Shown piece after piece: positions 40,278 to 53,105 of a DNA stretch of 64,000 bases (positions within the stretch are counted from its first letter, which is position 1; the number at the start of each line of letters is the position of its first letter). Location: the NCBI RefSeq assembly GCF_006345805.1, contig NC_043002.1, forward strand, positions 14,136,001-14,200,000. Reading direction: 5' to 3'. The notes below the pieces were generated by a model. The model saw nothing but the letters and a program-made list of their open reading frames with translations, did not search any database and was not told the origin of the DNA. This DNA comes from Octopus sinensis (taxonomy: Eukaryota). The position numbers were made by a program, and so were the translations under genes.

Positions 40278-40516
40278 AAGATCAGCAACTACCGCCACTA
40301 CCGCCACTACCGCCAAGATCAGCAACTAACCCCCACTCCTCAACACTAGCACAGTTGATGACCTATTTAACACCAGTGTCCCTAGCCCCTCTCCACAGGG
40401 GAGCTAATCGAATTCTTTAAATTCTCAGAACAACACACGACATCCATCATTATTGTCATCTGTCTCCACTGCTTCTACCATTGCCACCATCACCACGACC
40501 ACCACCACTGCTGCCG

Positions 40517-40568
<52 letters not shown>

Positions 40569-41277
40569 AATCTGACAGTATAACGCACAGCTGCACTACA
40601 GTTCTGTCAACGATAAATAAAGTAAAATCTATGAACTGTCAACTGCCCCCTCCAACATATACACACACAAAACCCCAAATTTTGCCGCTATTCTGTACGC
40701 GAGAGACTATGAATATAGAGTGACTTCAAGTCTGTCCATTTATCAGGGACGAGACGCACGATTCCTACAAGCAACACCATCATCACCAAAACACTTCTTC
40801 AACCACCACCACCACCAAGTACTAAATCAATTTTAAAAGCTTCCATACATGTTACACGAAAGCCTAAAATCTGCCGCTATTCCCCACATGAAAGACTATG
40901 ACTTAAGCGTGATTGCTCCTTCACTCATCTTCCAGGAACTCGATGTACTATTAGAAGCTTGACTCCTAACCACCACCAAATCCAGAGTAAAAACATCTCT
41001 TAAAGTCGTAGTGCCGAACCCAGAAGCCACCTAGTTGTACACTGACTACAAAAATAAAGAATAACAAACCATATAACGGTAACCATATCCAACAATGCAG
41101 TCACAACTCCAGGCACCAAGCTCTCCCAAATCCCGAAAATCCTCTTTTAGCCATGATGAATCTGGCAGAAGAAGTCCCCAAAAATGTTTTTGCTATCACA
41201 CAACACCAACCACTGTTATTACCTCAATGCAAAAATTATTCCCATTGCTATCACTAACCCGCATACACAACTCAGTA

Positions 41278-42169
41278 TTAATGTTGAATATACAGGGTAT
41301 CTAACATTTCACAAATCGAATAAAAGTTTCATATCTCAGGGACCTTGAAGGCAGCGAAAAGACAATGTGTGTGGCGTTAAATGAAATACACCTGACGTAA
41401 GGCATATTGGATGCAGAAGTGCATATGTCCCGCTATGTACTACACAGAACTGATGGCACAATACGCAGACAAGGAGGAGTAGCACTCTACATCCGGGAAC
41501 ACCTAACAACAGATGTCCCTCTCACCCACTTCAACACAGTGTGCGATACACTAATAGTGCATTTGACCGACCTCAATGCGATCATATACATTGCTTACCG
41601 CCCTCCTGATGCGGCTAATCACGACGATCAATTCAGGGAAGCTTTATCAAACGTAAGTCGAACCGTAATTGCTGCTAGTTCACAGGCAAATATACTTTTA
41701 ACAGAGGACTACAATTTTCCTAATTTCAAATGCCCTGAGGACTACATCCAATCTGGCACTACAAAGCAAAACAGAAGAGACATGTATGCTCTTCTCGACA
41801 TCACGAAAACCTTTCTCACTCATCAAATAATCACCAATCCAACTAGGGGAAATAACACACTCGACCTTGTCTTTACCACTAATACAGACGTTATTCACAA
41901 TGTTTAGGTCGTTCGAACAGCTATTTCTGACCATAGTATGATACAAATATCAGTATATGGTTCAAAGATAACACCACGCACAAGTATTATCAAATATGAT
42001 TCACCCCTCTTGAACTTGAATTTTAGGAAGACCAACTGGGAAGAAATCAAAAGTGAGATCCTCAAAACAAACTGGTCTCAGTATATTGCCAATCTCAATG
42101 TTAACAGGGGAATGCAGTTTCTGTACTACCACATAACCATGATCTGTCAGGAGCATATATCTTTCTTCT
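41278..42169 (+). pseudogene. CR1/L2-like LINE apurinic endonuclease remnant
   Basis: LMLNIQG, ALNEIHL, RQGGVALYI, YRPP, EDYNFP, PTRGNNTLDLVFT, SDH; homology ends where the LTR starts. Confidence 0.9.
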
Positions 42170-42526
42170 TGTAAATAAATATAAAATGTTATATTTATAT
42201 AAATAAAATAATTAAAAAGGAAATGTTTCTTTTCACGTTTGTTTTTCAACTGAGCATAGATAAATATGCATTTCTGTAATCTTTGTTTTATGTTTCTTAT
42301 AGCGATTAAAATATTCAAAATACATGGTCGTTGAGTTAGCGTTCCATGCGTATATGTCTATATGACGTTACAACTGCAGTTAGGGTTAAAAATACAATGA
42401 TAACACTTTAGTATAAGTGACGATAAATCGTTATATTTTCCCTTACTCAGAGGAAAGCCTAAATAAATAATATAACTTAAGAGAAAGCTTAAGGTAGAAT
42501 AAACCGAGAGCCCCCGTAAAGGGACA
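42170..42526 (+). repeat. Putative Gypsy 5' LTR
   Basis: Ends ...GGGACA one base before the PBS; AATAAA at ~42498; start TGT at 42170 inferred from the loss of LINE homology; no 3' LTR available to confirm. Confidence 0.6.
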
Positions 42527-42527
42527 G

Positions 42528-42540
42528 TGGTGACCCCGAC
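42528..42540 (+). promoter_or_regulatory. Primer-binding site complementary to the tRNA-Trp 3' end
   Basis: TGGTGACCCCGAC is the reverse complement of ...GUCGGGGUCACCA. Confidence 0.85.
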
Positions 42541-42839
42541 TAAAAAAAGCTTATAGGAAAAACCTATAGAAAAAAAAAAATTTTAATAAAAAAAAATATA
42601 AACACCGACAAACTGGTGGAAAATTTAATAATATAATAAACATAGGTTACAGAATTATTGCATGAATATTTTATTAACAAATATTTAAAAGTTGAAACAA
42701 GAAGAACACTGAAGAAGAAAGTTTAGGAAAGAAAATTTTAGCTGCACTTTCTAGCAATATAAAAATATTTTGAGCTGTTAAAAGCTTAGTAACATAACAA
42801 AAAAAAAAAAATTTTTCTTTTGAGAAAATATTCATACAT

Positions 42840-43040
42840 CTAGACAAGCTGCTTTCCGGGATCCCAGATGAACCCACTGCAAGGTACGAAGGTAACCTAA
42901 GGGCAGCAGCTACAAACTCTCTCTTAGATCAGTGGCCAGCCACGGCAAACTGGACTTAGAGAGGGTAGCAACAAGGGCGGTGCCCCAGCATGGCCTCAGC
43001 CGGATGGCTGAAACAAGTAAAAGAGTAAAAGAATAAAAGA
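42840..43040 (+). mobile_element. 5'-truncated CR1/L2-like LINE 3' end inserted in the Gypsy 5' UTR
   Basis: LDKLLSGIPDEPT..RAAATNSLLDQ, same type as 59950-60352; tail gctgaaacaagtaaaagagtaaaagaataaaag; TSD atacat at 42834-42839 and 43041-43046. Confidence 0.8.
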
Positions 43041-43049
43041 ATACATATA

Positions 43050-43855
43050 ATGGAGCAGAATATAAAAGAATTTGAGACGTCATATTTCGATAGAAATTAC
43101 ACACAAGCTTCTGTGAATGTATTGCCTAGACCTCCGTGGACTGGAGACACCGTAATTTGGTTGGCACAACTGGAGGCAAGCCTTAAAGCTAATAAAATTA
43201 CAAATGAAGAGCAGAAATACAATATAATGCTTAGCAATTTACCTCCACCTCTAAGTAATGAAATTAGAGATTTGCTACTAAACCCTATAGAACCAGTTTC
43301 TTATTCTTCAATTAAAGAGGAAATATTGAAACGAGCATCAAATTCTAAACAAAAAAGAGTTTGCGAAGTTGTTCAACAATGAAGAGTTGGGTAATAAAAA
43401 ACCCACACAACTTCTACGAAGAATGAATGAACTGGGAAATCAGCAGATAGAAGAATCTTATCTTAAAGAAGTTGTTTTCAATAAATTGCCATATAAAACT
43501 CAAACTTTGCTTTTGGCCGTTAAAAACCAAAACTCCATTCAACAGTTGGCAGATTTAGCAGACAGTATTCTGGAATTATCGTCCGAAAAAACTGTAAATG
43601 CAATTCTATCTATTTCGAATGAAATACAGGAATTAAAAAAATTCTTATGGAAAACAATTTGAATTATTGACAAAAAAATAGAGAGTGTTCAACAAAAAAA
43701 TGCTAGATGGCGCAGGAGATCAAGGAGCCCTAGTTTAAAAAGAAACGCCATATGTTGGTACCATGCTAAATTTGGAGACAAATCATTCAAATGTATTAAA
43801 CCTTGTGCATTTGATTTCCTTAATAAAAAAAAGGAAAATTCGGAAAACTTCTGAA
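43050..43855 (+). pseudogene. Gypsy gag, frameshifted
   Basis: PPW..D..IWLAQLEASL..NKIT..KY, EELGNKKPTQLLRRM, LADLAD, CWYHAKFGDKSFKCIKPC. Confidence 0.88.
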
Positions 43856-43899
43856 CTAGCGATTGGATGCGACGAAATTTGTGGATAATATCATAAAAA

Positions 43900-45590
43900 G
43901 TCGCTTATTTTTCGTCTATGACGTAAACTCGAAAGAAAGGTTTTTAGTTGATACAGGAGCAGCTTGTTCAATTTGACCTGTAAAGCTTTTAAAACAATAA
44001 ACCAAACCTGTATATTTGACTCTTCAAGCAGTTAATCAATCTGAAATCCAAACATTTGGAGAGATTAGCTTAACTCTAGATATAAATTTAAGAAGAGAAT
44101 ATAAATGGATCTTCATAGTAGCAGATTTACCATATCCAATATTAGGAGCGGATTTTTTGGCACACTATCATTTAATGGTAGATGTTAAAAAAATTGATAG
44201 ACACAGAAACTTCATTAAAAATTCAAGGAATGAGATGCAGAAAAAGCACAGTTAGTCCATTGTATTTCATAGCGTCCTCAGAAAATAGATATCACAGGAT
44301 TTTGAAGAATTATCCAACTATCACGAAACAGTTAGCTCTGAATACCAAGTGTGTGCATTCGGTAGAGCATCACATCATCACACAAGGACCACCAAGTTTT
44401 TCTAAGCCGAGAAGATTATCTCCGGAAAAATGGAAGGTGGCTAAGGCAGAATTTCGGCATATGATGGATCTAGGTATAATCCGTCCTTCCAGTAGTAGCT
44501 GGTCAACACCATTAGTTATAGTAAAGAAAAATCTTATAGACTGGCAACCTTGTGGATACTTCAGGCAACTTAATGCAAAAACAAAAGCAGACAAATATCC
44601 GAAACCCCACATTATGGACTTTGCAACTTCTTTGAGTGGTTGTACTATTTTTTCAAAAATTGATTTAGTTAGAGCATACAATCAAATTCCTGTTGCAGAA
44701 AAGGATATACCGAAGACAGCGATTACCACTCCATTTGGTTTATTTGAATTTCTTCGCATGCCTTTCGGATTGAGGAACGCAGCAAACACTTTTCAAAGAT
44801 TTACGGACGAAGTAACAAGAGATTTACCTTTCGTATTTGCTTATATAGATGATATTCTCATTGCTAGTCCATCAGAAGAAGCACATGAAGAACATTTAAA
44901 AACAATTTTCGAAAGATTGACGAATTTTGGCATTGTGATAAATCCATCGAAGTGTATTTTTGGTGAACCCACTATATCTTTTCTGGGTCATCTTATAGAT
45001 AAAGATGGAATTCGCCCATTACCAGAAAAAGTTGAAGCAATAAAAACCTTTCCTGTACCGAATAATTTAAGGAAGCTCTGAGAATTTTTAGGGATAGTTA
45101 ATTTTTACAGAAAGTTTATTCCTAAAGTCACGGAAACTCTATATCCCTTAACTGAGCTATTGAAAAAATAGAAAGAGAAAAATGAAGCCATAACTTTAAA
45201 AGAAACAGAATTAAAAGATTTTAAAAAAATTAAAGAGAAACTGTGTAAAGCAACACTTTTAAACCATCAGGTTCCTGAAGCAAAATTATCATTGATAGTT
45301 GATGCTTCCGATGTTGGAATCGGTGGCGTTCTACAGCAATTTCATTGTAATTCCTGGCAACCATTAGCATTTTTTTCAAAAAAATTCAAGGCACCAGAAA
45401 CTAAATACAGTGTGTTCGGCAGAGAATTGTTGGCAGCTTATTTGTCAATGAAGCATTTCAGACATCTTCTTGAAGGTAGGTCATTTACTTTATTCACTGA
45501 CCATAAACCATTAACATATGCGTTAAAAAGTTCTTCGGAGAAATATTCTCCAAGAGAAATTAGACACCTTAATTTTATTTCACAGTTTCC
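43900..45590 (+). pseudogene. Gypsy pol: aspartic protease, RT, RNase H (disrupted)
   Basis: FLVDTGAACS (43941-43970), ILGADFL, IDLVRAYNQIP, MPFGLRNA, YIDD, VDASDVGIGGVL, RELLA, TDHKPL. Confidence 0.93.
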
Positions 45591-45989
45591 GGCGACTGAA
45601 ACTATTAAAAGAATAAAAGGAAGAATGCTCTTCAATACTGAGGAATTTTAAGCGCTTTGTTGTCGACCCACAAACGGATTTCAGTAAAAATACATAAGTC
45701 CAGAGGATATTGCAATTCCGTATACTTGATAATTAAGTATGCCTACAATCTAAGAACTCCTTACAGTTTTCTATTTTCTTTATGCAAAACCTCTACAAGT
45801 CCCAAGTACGTAGACCGTTACAATTTCGCTGTATTTGAGATAATAAACAAAACTGCTAAGTGTGATTATGAATATATCCACATATTCCAACAAAAGATTG
45901 GGAAAAAATGAATAGAGTTTATTTCATCGCATTCAATATTTCACTTAGTTACAAATTTACAAAAGAAGCAGATGAAGATGGAGAGAAAT

Positions 45990-47530
45990 AACCATAAAAA
46001 GGTTCAATGCTGTTGTCAGCAACTTTGACAATGCTGTATGATACATGTGTCTTGTTTGTTTGCTTCTCTTTCAGCCTCTTTCAAGTCGTTATCTCTTCTT
46101 TCACTCAGCATTTTTCTCGGCCAAACATGTCCAAGCGTTTGTCGTCTTTGGACAACTTGGTTATCTCCTTTCATGCACACCCATTTATCTAGCTGCTATA
46201 GTATTTTATGAATAGAATAATTTCTCTGATTAAGCATCTCATTTATGACTGTTTTAAAATGTTGTTTCGATCCCATCTTTTGTGGATTATCATATCAGAT
46301 TTTATGCGCTCTCATTCATTGCAAGTTATCTTTTTCAACACTTTTCTTCCCAACTAATCTCATTTATTATTTTGTAAGTTTTTCTGATCCCTCTTATCCC
46401 TGTTACCTGCTTTTGAAATTTATATATTTTGTCAGCTTCCACATTCTAAGACATTCTTTTATCTCTTCTTGAAAACCTTTTCACCTCTCTGTTGAACATC
46501 AACTCTTCAGCTCTTTTCATTTTAATGTTCCTCTCCCGATTTCAACCTTCACGTTTGGTTTCTTTCATATCTCAATAATTTCTCCTGTTTCCCTCGAAAT
46601 CCATTTCCCTTTTTATCTTTCTTGTACACAGAACACCATTTGCTATATTCCCGTATGCCTTTGTTAAATTCTCCCACGCGCCACTGACTTCTAAAGCATA
46701 TCCACTATGGCTTCTAGCACAACATATCGATTTCGACATTCAATAATAAATACATCTTCAAATCAATCATCCTTCAACTTTTCTGTATCAAAACCGCTAA
46801 TCTATTTCTTTAATTGAGCTTTAAGACTTATCTGGATTCTTCGTATAGCTATGAGTCACTTCCGATATTTTCGCTTCGATATGTTCTATCTTTACCAGCG
46901 ACATTTGGTGTAGCTCAGAATATGTTGTATTTGATTATGATATTTTCTTTTTCTCAAGTCTCAGCATATTTGTGAATATCGTTGTGCTTAAGTAAATTGG
47001 CTTCGGGGCTGAGATAGTTCACTACACAAAAACCAATCATCTTGTGTTATTTTTGTTAGCATCTTCAAGCCCATGCAAATACATCATCTGTTCCATTCAT
47101 TCTTACTGCCAAGCGTCAATTTCACATTACCAATAAGTGTTTTTATATATTTTCTGCAATAGAATAAATGGCTATTGCAACAGCTGAAACAATATTTTAT
47201 GCCATCATTTGCATTATGTACAGGTGCTTTACAAACACAAATACTGATGCCTTAAGATTTGAGGGCAGATTTTTTTACACCGTGTAAAGTTTCCCCACAC
47301 ATTGATCTTCAAGTGATACATTCTATTTTGAACGTAGTCCTATATTCTCCCACAGCATTGAAACCATTTAAATGATTTGCGCTACAGCAGAACTAAAGAC
47401 TAACATGGAGATTTTGTGCCAATCCCCCAATCTGTGTTTCTGCTACAAACAAATAATCATTCTGTATATTCTGAGATAAGGATTCCAGGTTCCAGTACTC
47501 GTATTATGCTTTGTGTTTAGAACACAGCAG
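45990..47530 (-). pseudogene. Very degenerate RTE-like LINE remnant
   Basis: Minus strand GTWN (47482-47493), YLFVAET, IHKY, NQIQHIL (~46916-46936), LGHV near 46125; mostly broken frames. Confidence 0.55.
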
Positions 47531-47984
47531 ATCATGAGTACAACTCTTTAGTCGGAACTAACAACCAGTGATTTTGTTACGTCGATTCATTAGATAATAA
47601 TTCTATGATAAAATCCACTACCACACGAGAATCAGTGCTCCTGATTTTGCCATTCCTCCCACTGCAAAATAAGAAACTCTAATTCTCTCATTGAAGATAA
47701 TGCCTATTTAATATTGCTGATTGGTTAAAAGGCTTTCCTTCTGCATTTGCGCTTACGTATGTTTATTAGACTGTCCGAGGATGTTACCAAGGAGCCGATG
47801 TAGATATGGAGAAGGTTAGAGTAGTGAGATTATCTTGGCTAAAACCTCTTAAGAAGAGAATGGCTTATAGACAGAGATATGTAACAAACCTCCGTTCAGC
47901 TGCTGAATCTTAATTCCATACAACAGACAAAATACTGAATGTAAAAGTAGAAGGGAAAAGTAAAACAAAACAAAACACAGCAGT

Positions 47985-48142
47985 ATTTACATTATTTACA
48001 TTATTTACATTCGACGGGTATTTGTCCTCATCTTGTTTGTTGTTAATAATAAAGAAGATGATGACAAATATCCGTCGAATGTAAATAATGTAAATAATAT
48101 AAATAATGTACACAATTCCTCATCTCTTAAATATAGAACTGT
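47985..48142. repeat. Inverted duplication of the HHR-SINE 3' tail flanked by a 13-bp direct repeat
   Basis: Arms 47985-48034 and 48055-48104 match 47/50 with a 20-nt spacer; aaaacacagcagt at 47972-47984 and 48143-48155. Confidence 0.85.
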
Positions 48143-49021
48143 AAAACACAGCAGTGTCTCTTTTGATTTACAGAGATTAGATGAAAAGCGAAACGTAGAT
48201 GCACTTGCGTAATTATACACAGGTATATATGCAAATGAGTGACCGTTTTGAATTTAACATGCTATATTAAATGTAAAATATATAATTTATCTTTCGAAGC
48301 TTATCCTTTACTACATCGCTTTGTCAGTTTTCCATTCCTTATATTTCATTGTACTCAAAAGCCAAACTAAAGATTTTGGCGTAACGTATTTACGTTGCAA
48401 TGTCTTATCTTGGGTATTTAGTGTGTATGTGTAGATAGATAGAGAGAGAGAGAGAGCCAGAGAGAAAGAGAGGGAGAGAGGGAGGGAGGAAGAGGGAGAG
48501 AGTTAAAAATGTTATTATTTTATCATTTGTTATATTGTACTTATACATTACTATCTCACACAATTATGGAACAGAAGCCATAGATTTCTGTCTTCAAACT
48601 TCTGCAAAGAATTCCCATACGAAACAGAAGAAGGTTTAATTACTGAAATAATTAAGTTCATCCTACATGATAATGTTTTACAACATGAATGAAAGCAGCT
48701 TCTATAAATATCTATTATTTAACTGGGAGCGTTAGTTGGATAACTGATCCCTTCCATCGACACCCACTCCTAGTTTCCAAATCTTAATTAATAACGTACA
48801 TAACAATACCCACTCCGCATTGAAATACAATAGAAATAACTTGCTTTCTGGCTATTTTATAAATCATAATATCACAATCATTGAAAATTATATCCACTAC
48901 ACATTATTTAATGATTGCTACTCAAAACATACCAACATCAAATAAATCATTTAATATAACACAAAGGATATGCTCAAAGTTTCGAATTTCGAGACTAGAA
49001 ATGGTAAGCTGGCAGAAAAAG

Positions 49022-49800
49022 GTAGCGAGCTGGCTGAAATGTTAGCCTGCCGGGCGAAATGCTTAGTGGTATTTCGTCTGCCGCTACGTTCTGAGTTCAA
49101 ATTCCGCCGAGGTCGACTTTGCCTTTCATCCTTTCGGGGTCGATAAATTAAGTACCAGTTACGCACTGGGTCGATGTAATCGATTTAATCCGTTTGTCTG
49201 TTCTTGTTTGCCCCCCCCCACACCTCTGTGCTTAGCCCCTTGTGTGTAGTAAAGAAATAGGTATTTCGTCTGCCGCTACGTTCTGAGTTCAAATTCCGCC
49301 GAGGTCGACTTTGCCTGTCATCCTTCCGGCGTCGATTAAATAAGTACCAGTTACGCACTGGGGTCGATATAATCGACTTATTCCGTTTGTCTGTACTTGT
49401 TTGTCCTCTGTGTGTTTAGCCCCTTGTGGGTAATAAAGAAATAGGTATTTCGTCTGCCGCTACATTCTGAGTTCAAATTTCGCCGAGGTCGACTTTGCCT
49501 TTCATCCTTTCGGAGCCGATTAAATAAGTACCAGTTACGCACTGGTTCGATATAATTGACTTAATCTGTTTGTCTGTCCTTGTTTGTCCCCCCCCCTCTG
49601 TGTTTATCCCCTTGTGTGTAGTAAAGAAATAAGTATTTCGTCTGCCGCTACGTTCTGAGTTCAAATTCCGCCGAGGTCGACTTTGCCTTCCATCCTTCCG
49701 TGGTCTATTAAATAAATACCAGTTATGCACTGGGGTCGATGTAATCGACTTAATCTCTTTGTTTGTCCCCTTGTGGGCAATAAAGAAATAAGAAATAAGA
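49022..49800 (+). mobile_element. Tandem tetramer of SINE family A (one headed unit plus three headless units)
   Basis: Units restart at GTATTTCGTC at 49069, 49261, 49445 and 49633. Confidence 0.92.
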
Positions 49801-50978
49801 TAGTGCAAGAACTTCAGTAAATACTACTTGTAAGACAATTTTCAGCAACGTTGACTTACACCGGAACAGCATGTGCTAAAGCAAGAGACATGAATAAATT
49901 ATGAAGGACGAAACACAATTCAAATACACCAAATAACTTAAAGTATTTACAACACGCAATCCATAAAATATTGACACAAAGCTTTAACATTCAAAACATT
50001 TCATTCTTGAAGCAAAACCAAAAAATGAAAATGAAAGCACTCGAAATACACAAAATATTTGAAAGTAAAAGGCTACCAAAAATTCCTAAAACAATATCTT
50101 CTCGAGACCTGAATCACCCAATGGAAACACAAAATAAATAAAACAAACATGTCGTTGCTCTGAGTATAGAAAACTGCGTCAGAATTATAGAAGACACATA
50201 TTATTAGCTTACATTAATATATTTGTTTCTAAAGTATGACTTCACATAATCGTCAGCAATTAATTGGTGTTATTCACGGTAATGTTTACAATGATATTCT
50301 TATACCAGACAGTCTCTATTAAGTCAGCATTTACATTTGTATGCTACAAACGATTTAACAAAATTTCTAATTTTATCGCCTAAACTTTGCCCTAAAAGAA
50401 AAAAACACATAAAGTACATACTTGTATTAAAAATACAAATCATAGTGTCAAATAAACTATAAATCCAACATAGTGGATCATATTCTCGTTCATAAACACT
50501 TGGATAAACAAATGCACAAATAGTCTGGTCAAAATCTGAGTAATGGTTTATGAAGATAAAACATTGAGAAATAACTATCTCTTACGTATGACATGGTCAG
50601 AATATGCTGTGCTTACATAAACATGAGAATATGTATGTAGTTATACGTATGTTTGCATTACTATGAAAAGAAATGACGTGCAGGATTCTTTATTATTAAT
50701 GTCGATCAAAGCATATTCGTCCTGTTATTTTATTCCGTATGTCTATGGATAACAGCACGTCATCTATAGATTGAAACTCGGGTCAATTTGAATCGGGGAA
50801 ATGTGAACAGAAACAGAGTGAGAGAGAGGGCGGTGAGAGAGACAGAGAGAGACAGAGAGAAGAGGGGACAGAAAAAATGCAGAAGAGAACAATTGAAATG
50901 AATTAAAGAGGAAAGAGAAAAGAAAGAACATAAACAATCATTTCGGGTAAAGGGATTTGCCTTTGTAATACATCTGAA

Positions 50979-51258
50979 GTGGAGGCGCAATGGTCCAGTG
51001 GTTAGGGTAGCGGTCTCGCGGTCGGAGGATCACGGTTTCAATTCCCAGACCGGGCGTTGTGTGTGTTTATTCAGCAATAACACATAAAAAGCTCCACGAG
51101 GCTCCGGTGGCGACCCCTGCTGTACTCTTTCGCCCCAACTTTCTCTCACTCTTTCTTCTTGTTTCTTGAGTAACAGCTGAGGGGACATACACCATAGAAA
51201 CCGGGAAACCGGGCCCATGAGCCTGGCTAGGCTTGAAAAGGGCACATAAATAAATAAA
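50979..51258 (+). mobile_element. tRNA-derived SINE (family C)
   Basis: ggaggcgcaatggtccagtggttaggg head, ggtttcaattccc B-box, tail shared with 22472. Confidence 0.85.
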
Positions 51259-52090
51259 AAAAAATCATCTCAAGTATTTTAGCTTTCTTTCGCAAAATTC
51301 TGATAAAATCTCATCACCGAGGTTACGATTTCTCCATAGCTGGGTGTCAATAAAATATAATACAGAAGGGAATTTAATTGGATATAACAAGAAGTACACA
51401 TTTCAGACGATATGCTATGTTAAGGAAACATTTACAGAAAGAAATGCTGACGACAGCACTTGAAATAGGAATGGCAATATTTAGTTACATTCTATAATTC
51501 TGATAGTTCATATCTCATCTGTCTCTTCGTTTTTTTTCCGTTATCTGCTTCCAATAAAATATCTATTAATATGTACAAAACTTAAAGTAATTGTTTTCTC
51601 GTAGCATTCAAATGCGTTTCCATATTTAGGAACCACAATCTGCATGTAGCTAAACGCAAAGCAGATCTGCCACAAAATTTCATTTTATGCTCCTATATGA
51701 AATGCTAAATATACCGAAATCTCAAAAACAAAAACACAAAACAAATAGACTGGAGCCCTGAATTCCATCAGCACAAAGGAAATAGAAAATCTATTTGTCA
51801 CAGCATGGAGATAGTGGTTCGACTATCGGAATTAAACTAAGGAACAGAGAAGTTCTAGTCAAGTAAGGACATCGAATACATCGAAAATCAACCAATAAAA
51901 AATGTGTTACGGTTCACTCAAGAGATCATTATAGTTTATAGAACGCTCTCTGATCCAATCTCTCTTGTGTATTTCTAGTACACATTAATATAGACACAAT
52001 CACACACAAGCCTTAATTGTGTATATGCACCTTTATTCGCTGTCAATAATTTAAATTTATTTCTATTCTTAGTTTGATAATTGCAACGCT

Positions 52091-52508
52091 GGGATCATTT
52101 AGGTTTGAACGGCAGTTTTTTAAAATAATTTCCACGTAACTAAACACTTTTAAACTTCGTATACTTGTAGAATGTGTTTATAAAACATCTTTTTCTCTTG
52201 GCTTTATTGAGAAAATTCTATAGTTTGCAAGATATTTGTTGTTTTTTTCTTCCATTTCAGCAATTTCAACCAATCAATGACGTCTATTGAGGTGAAAACA
52301 TTCTGTGCCGTATGAATATGTCCCACGTTTAAGAAACAGATTGGGTTTATTTACATTTCTGAAGAAAAAAAGATACTCTTCCCCCCACCCCTAACCCTAA
52401 CCCTAAAAAAGATTGAAATGCAATAAATCGATACTAGGGTCATAATTATGGGTAACAATTTCATATGACACTGCTTGAAAAAACTGACGTTCAAACTGAA
52501 AAGATCCC
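52091..52508. mobile_element. MITE with 30-bp TIRs and internal (CCCTAA)3
   Basis: gggatcatttaggtttgaacggcagttttt vs aaaaactgacgttcaaactgaaaagatccc, 26/30 match; no clear TSD. Confidence 0.75.
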
Positions 52509-52873
52509 AACCTTTTTATTCTCAAACTAGCATAAAAATAATAACCATACCCACACTCGTACACTCTCATACACACACACACACAGAAATACAAACGCAA
52601 ACACACGCGCACACTTATACTACCATCAATACGTAGCGCTCCTTAAACACGCTACTGTTAACCTGCATCCACACACACACGATAACTCTAATTATTTTCC
52701 TCTGTTTACCCTCTTTCGCTTCGATAAACCTGTGCGATTCACACATGTTTTGTAGCAGACAGTGCTTGTAAGGTTGGCCCCAGCAAGAAAGTCGCTGTAG
52801 TTTCTAGCATGTCTTTCTGTGTGGCTTCTCTGGTGTCTCAACCGTTATATACGAGACATCCGTATGCGGTTTC

Positions 52874-53105
52874 CTATTTCTTTATTGCCCACAAGGGGAT
52901 AAACATAGAGGGACAAACAAGGACAGACAAACGGATTAATTCGATTACATCAACCCCCAGTGCGTAACTGGTACTTAATTTATCGACCCCGAAAGGATGA
53001 AAGGCAAAGTCGACCTCGGCGGAATTTGAACTCAGAACGTAACGGCAGGCTAAATACTGCTAAGCATTTCGCCCAGTCTGCTAACGTTTCTGGCAGCTAA
53101 CCGCC
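52874..53105 (-). mobile_element. SINE family A with 11-bp TSD
   Basis: tatgcggtttc at 52863-52873 and 53106-53116. Confidence 0.95.

Larger units (their letters stand above)
42170..45590 (+). mobile_element. Ty3/Gypsy LTR retrotransposon, 3'-truncated (no integrase, no 3' LTR)
   Basis: LTR-PBS-gag-PR-RT-RNaseH order; homology stops at LNFISQF (~45590). Confidence 0.92.

Noticed and set aside
39870-40915. Short imperfect direct repeats upstream of the LINE endonuclease (39873/40347, 40683/40872)
   Set aside because: Consistent with ordinary decayed internal repeats in a LINE 5' region; too weak to define units
49022-49800. CRISPR-like appearance of tandem units (also 27107-27193 and 63380-63643)
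   Set aside because: No unique spacers, no cas genes, eukaryotic context; the units are retroelement sequence
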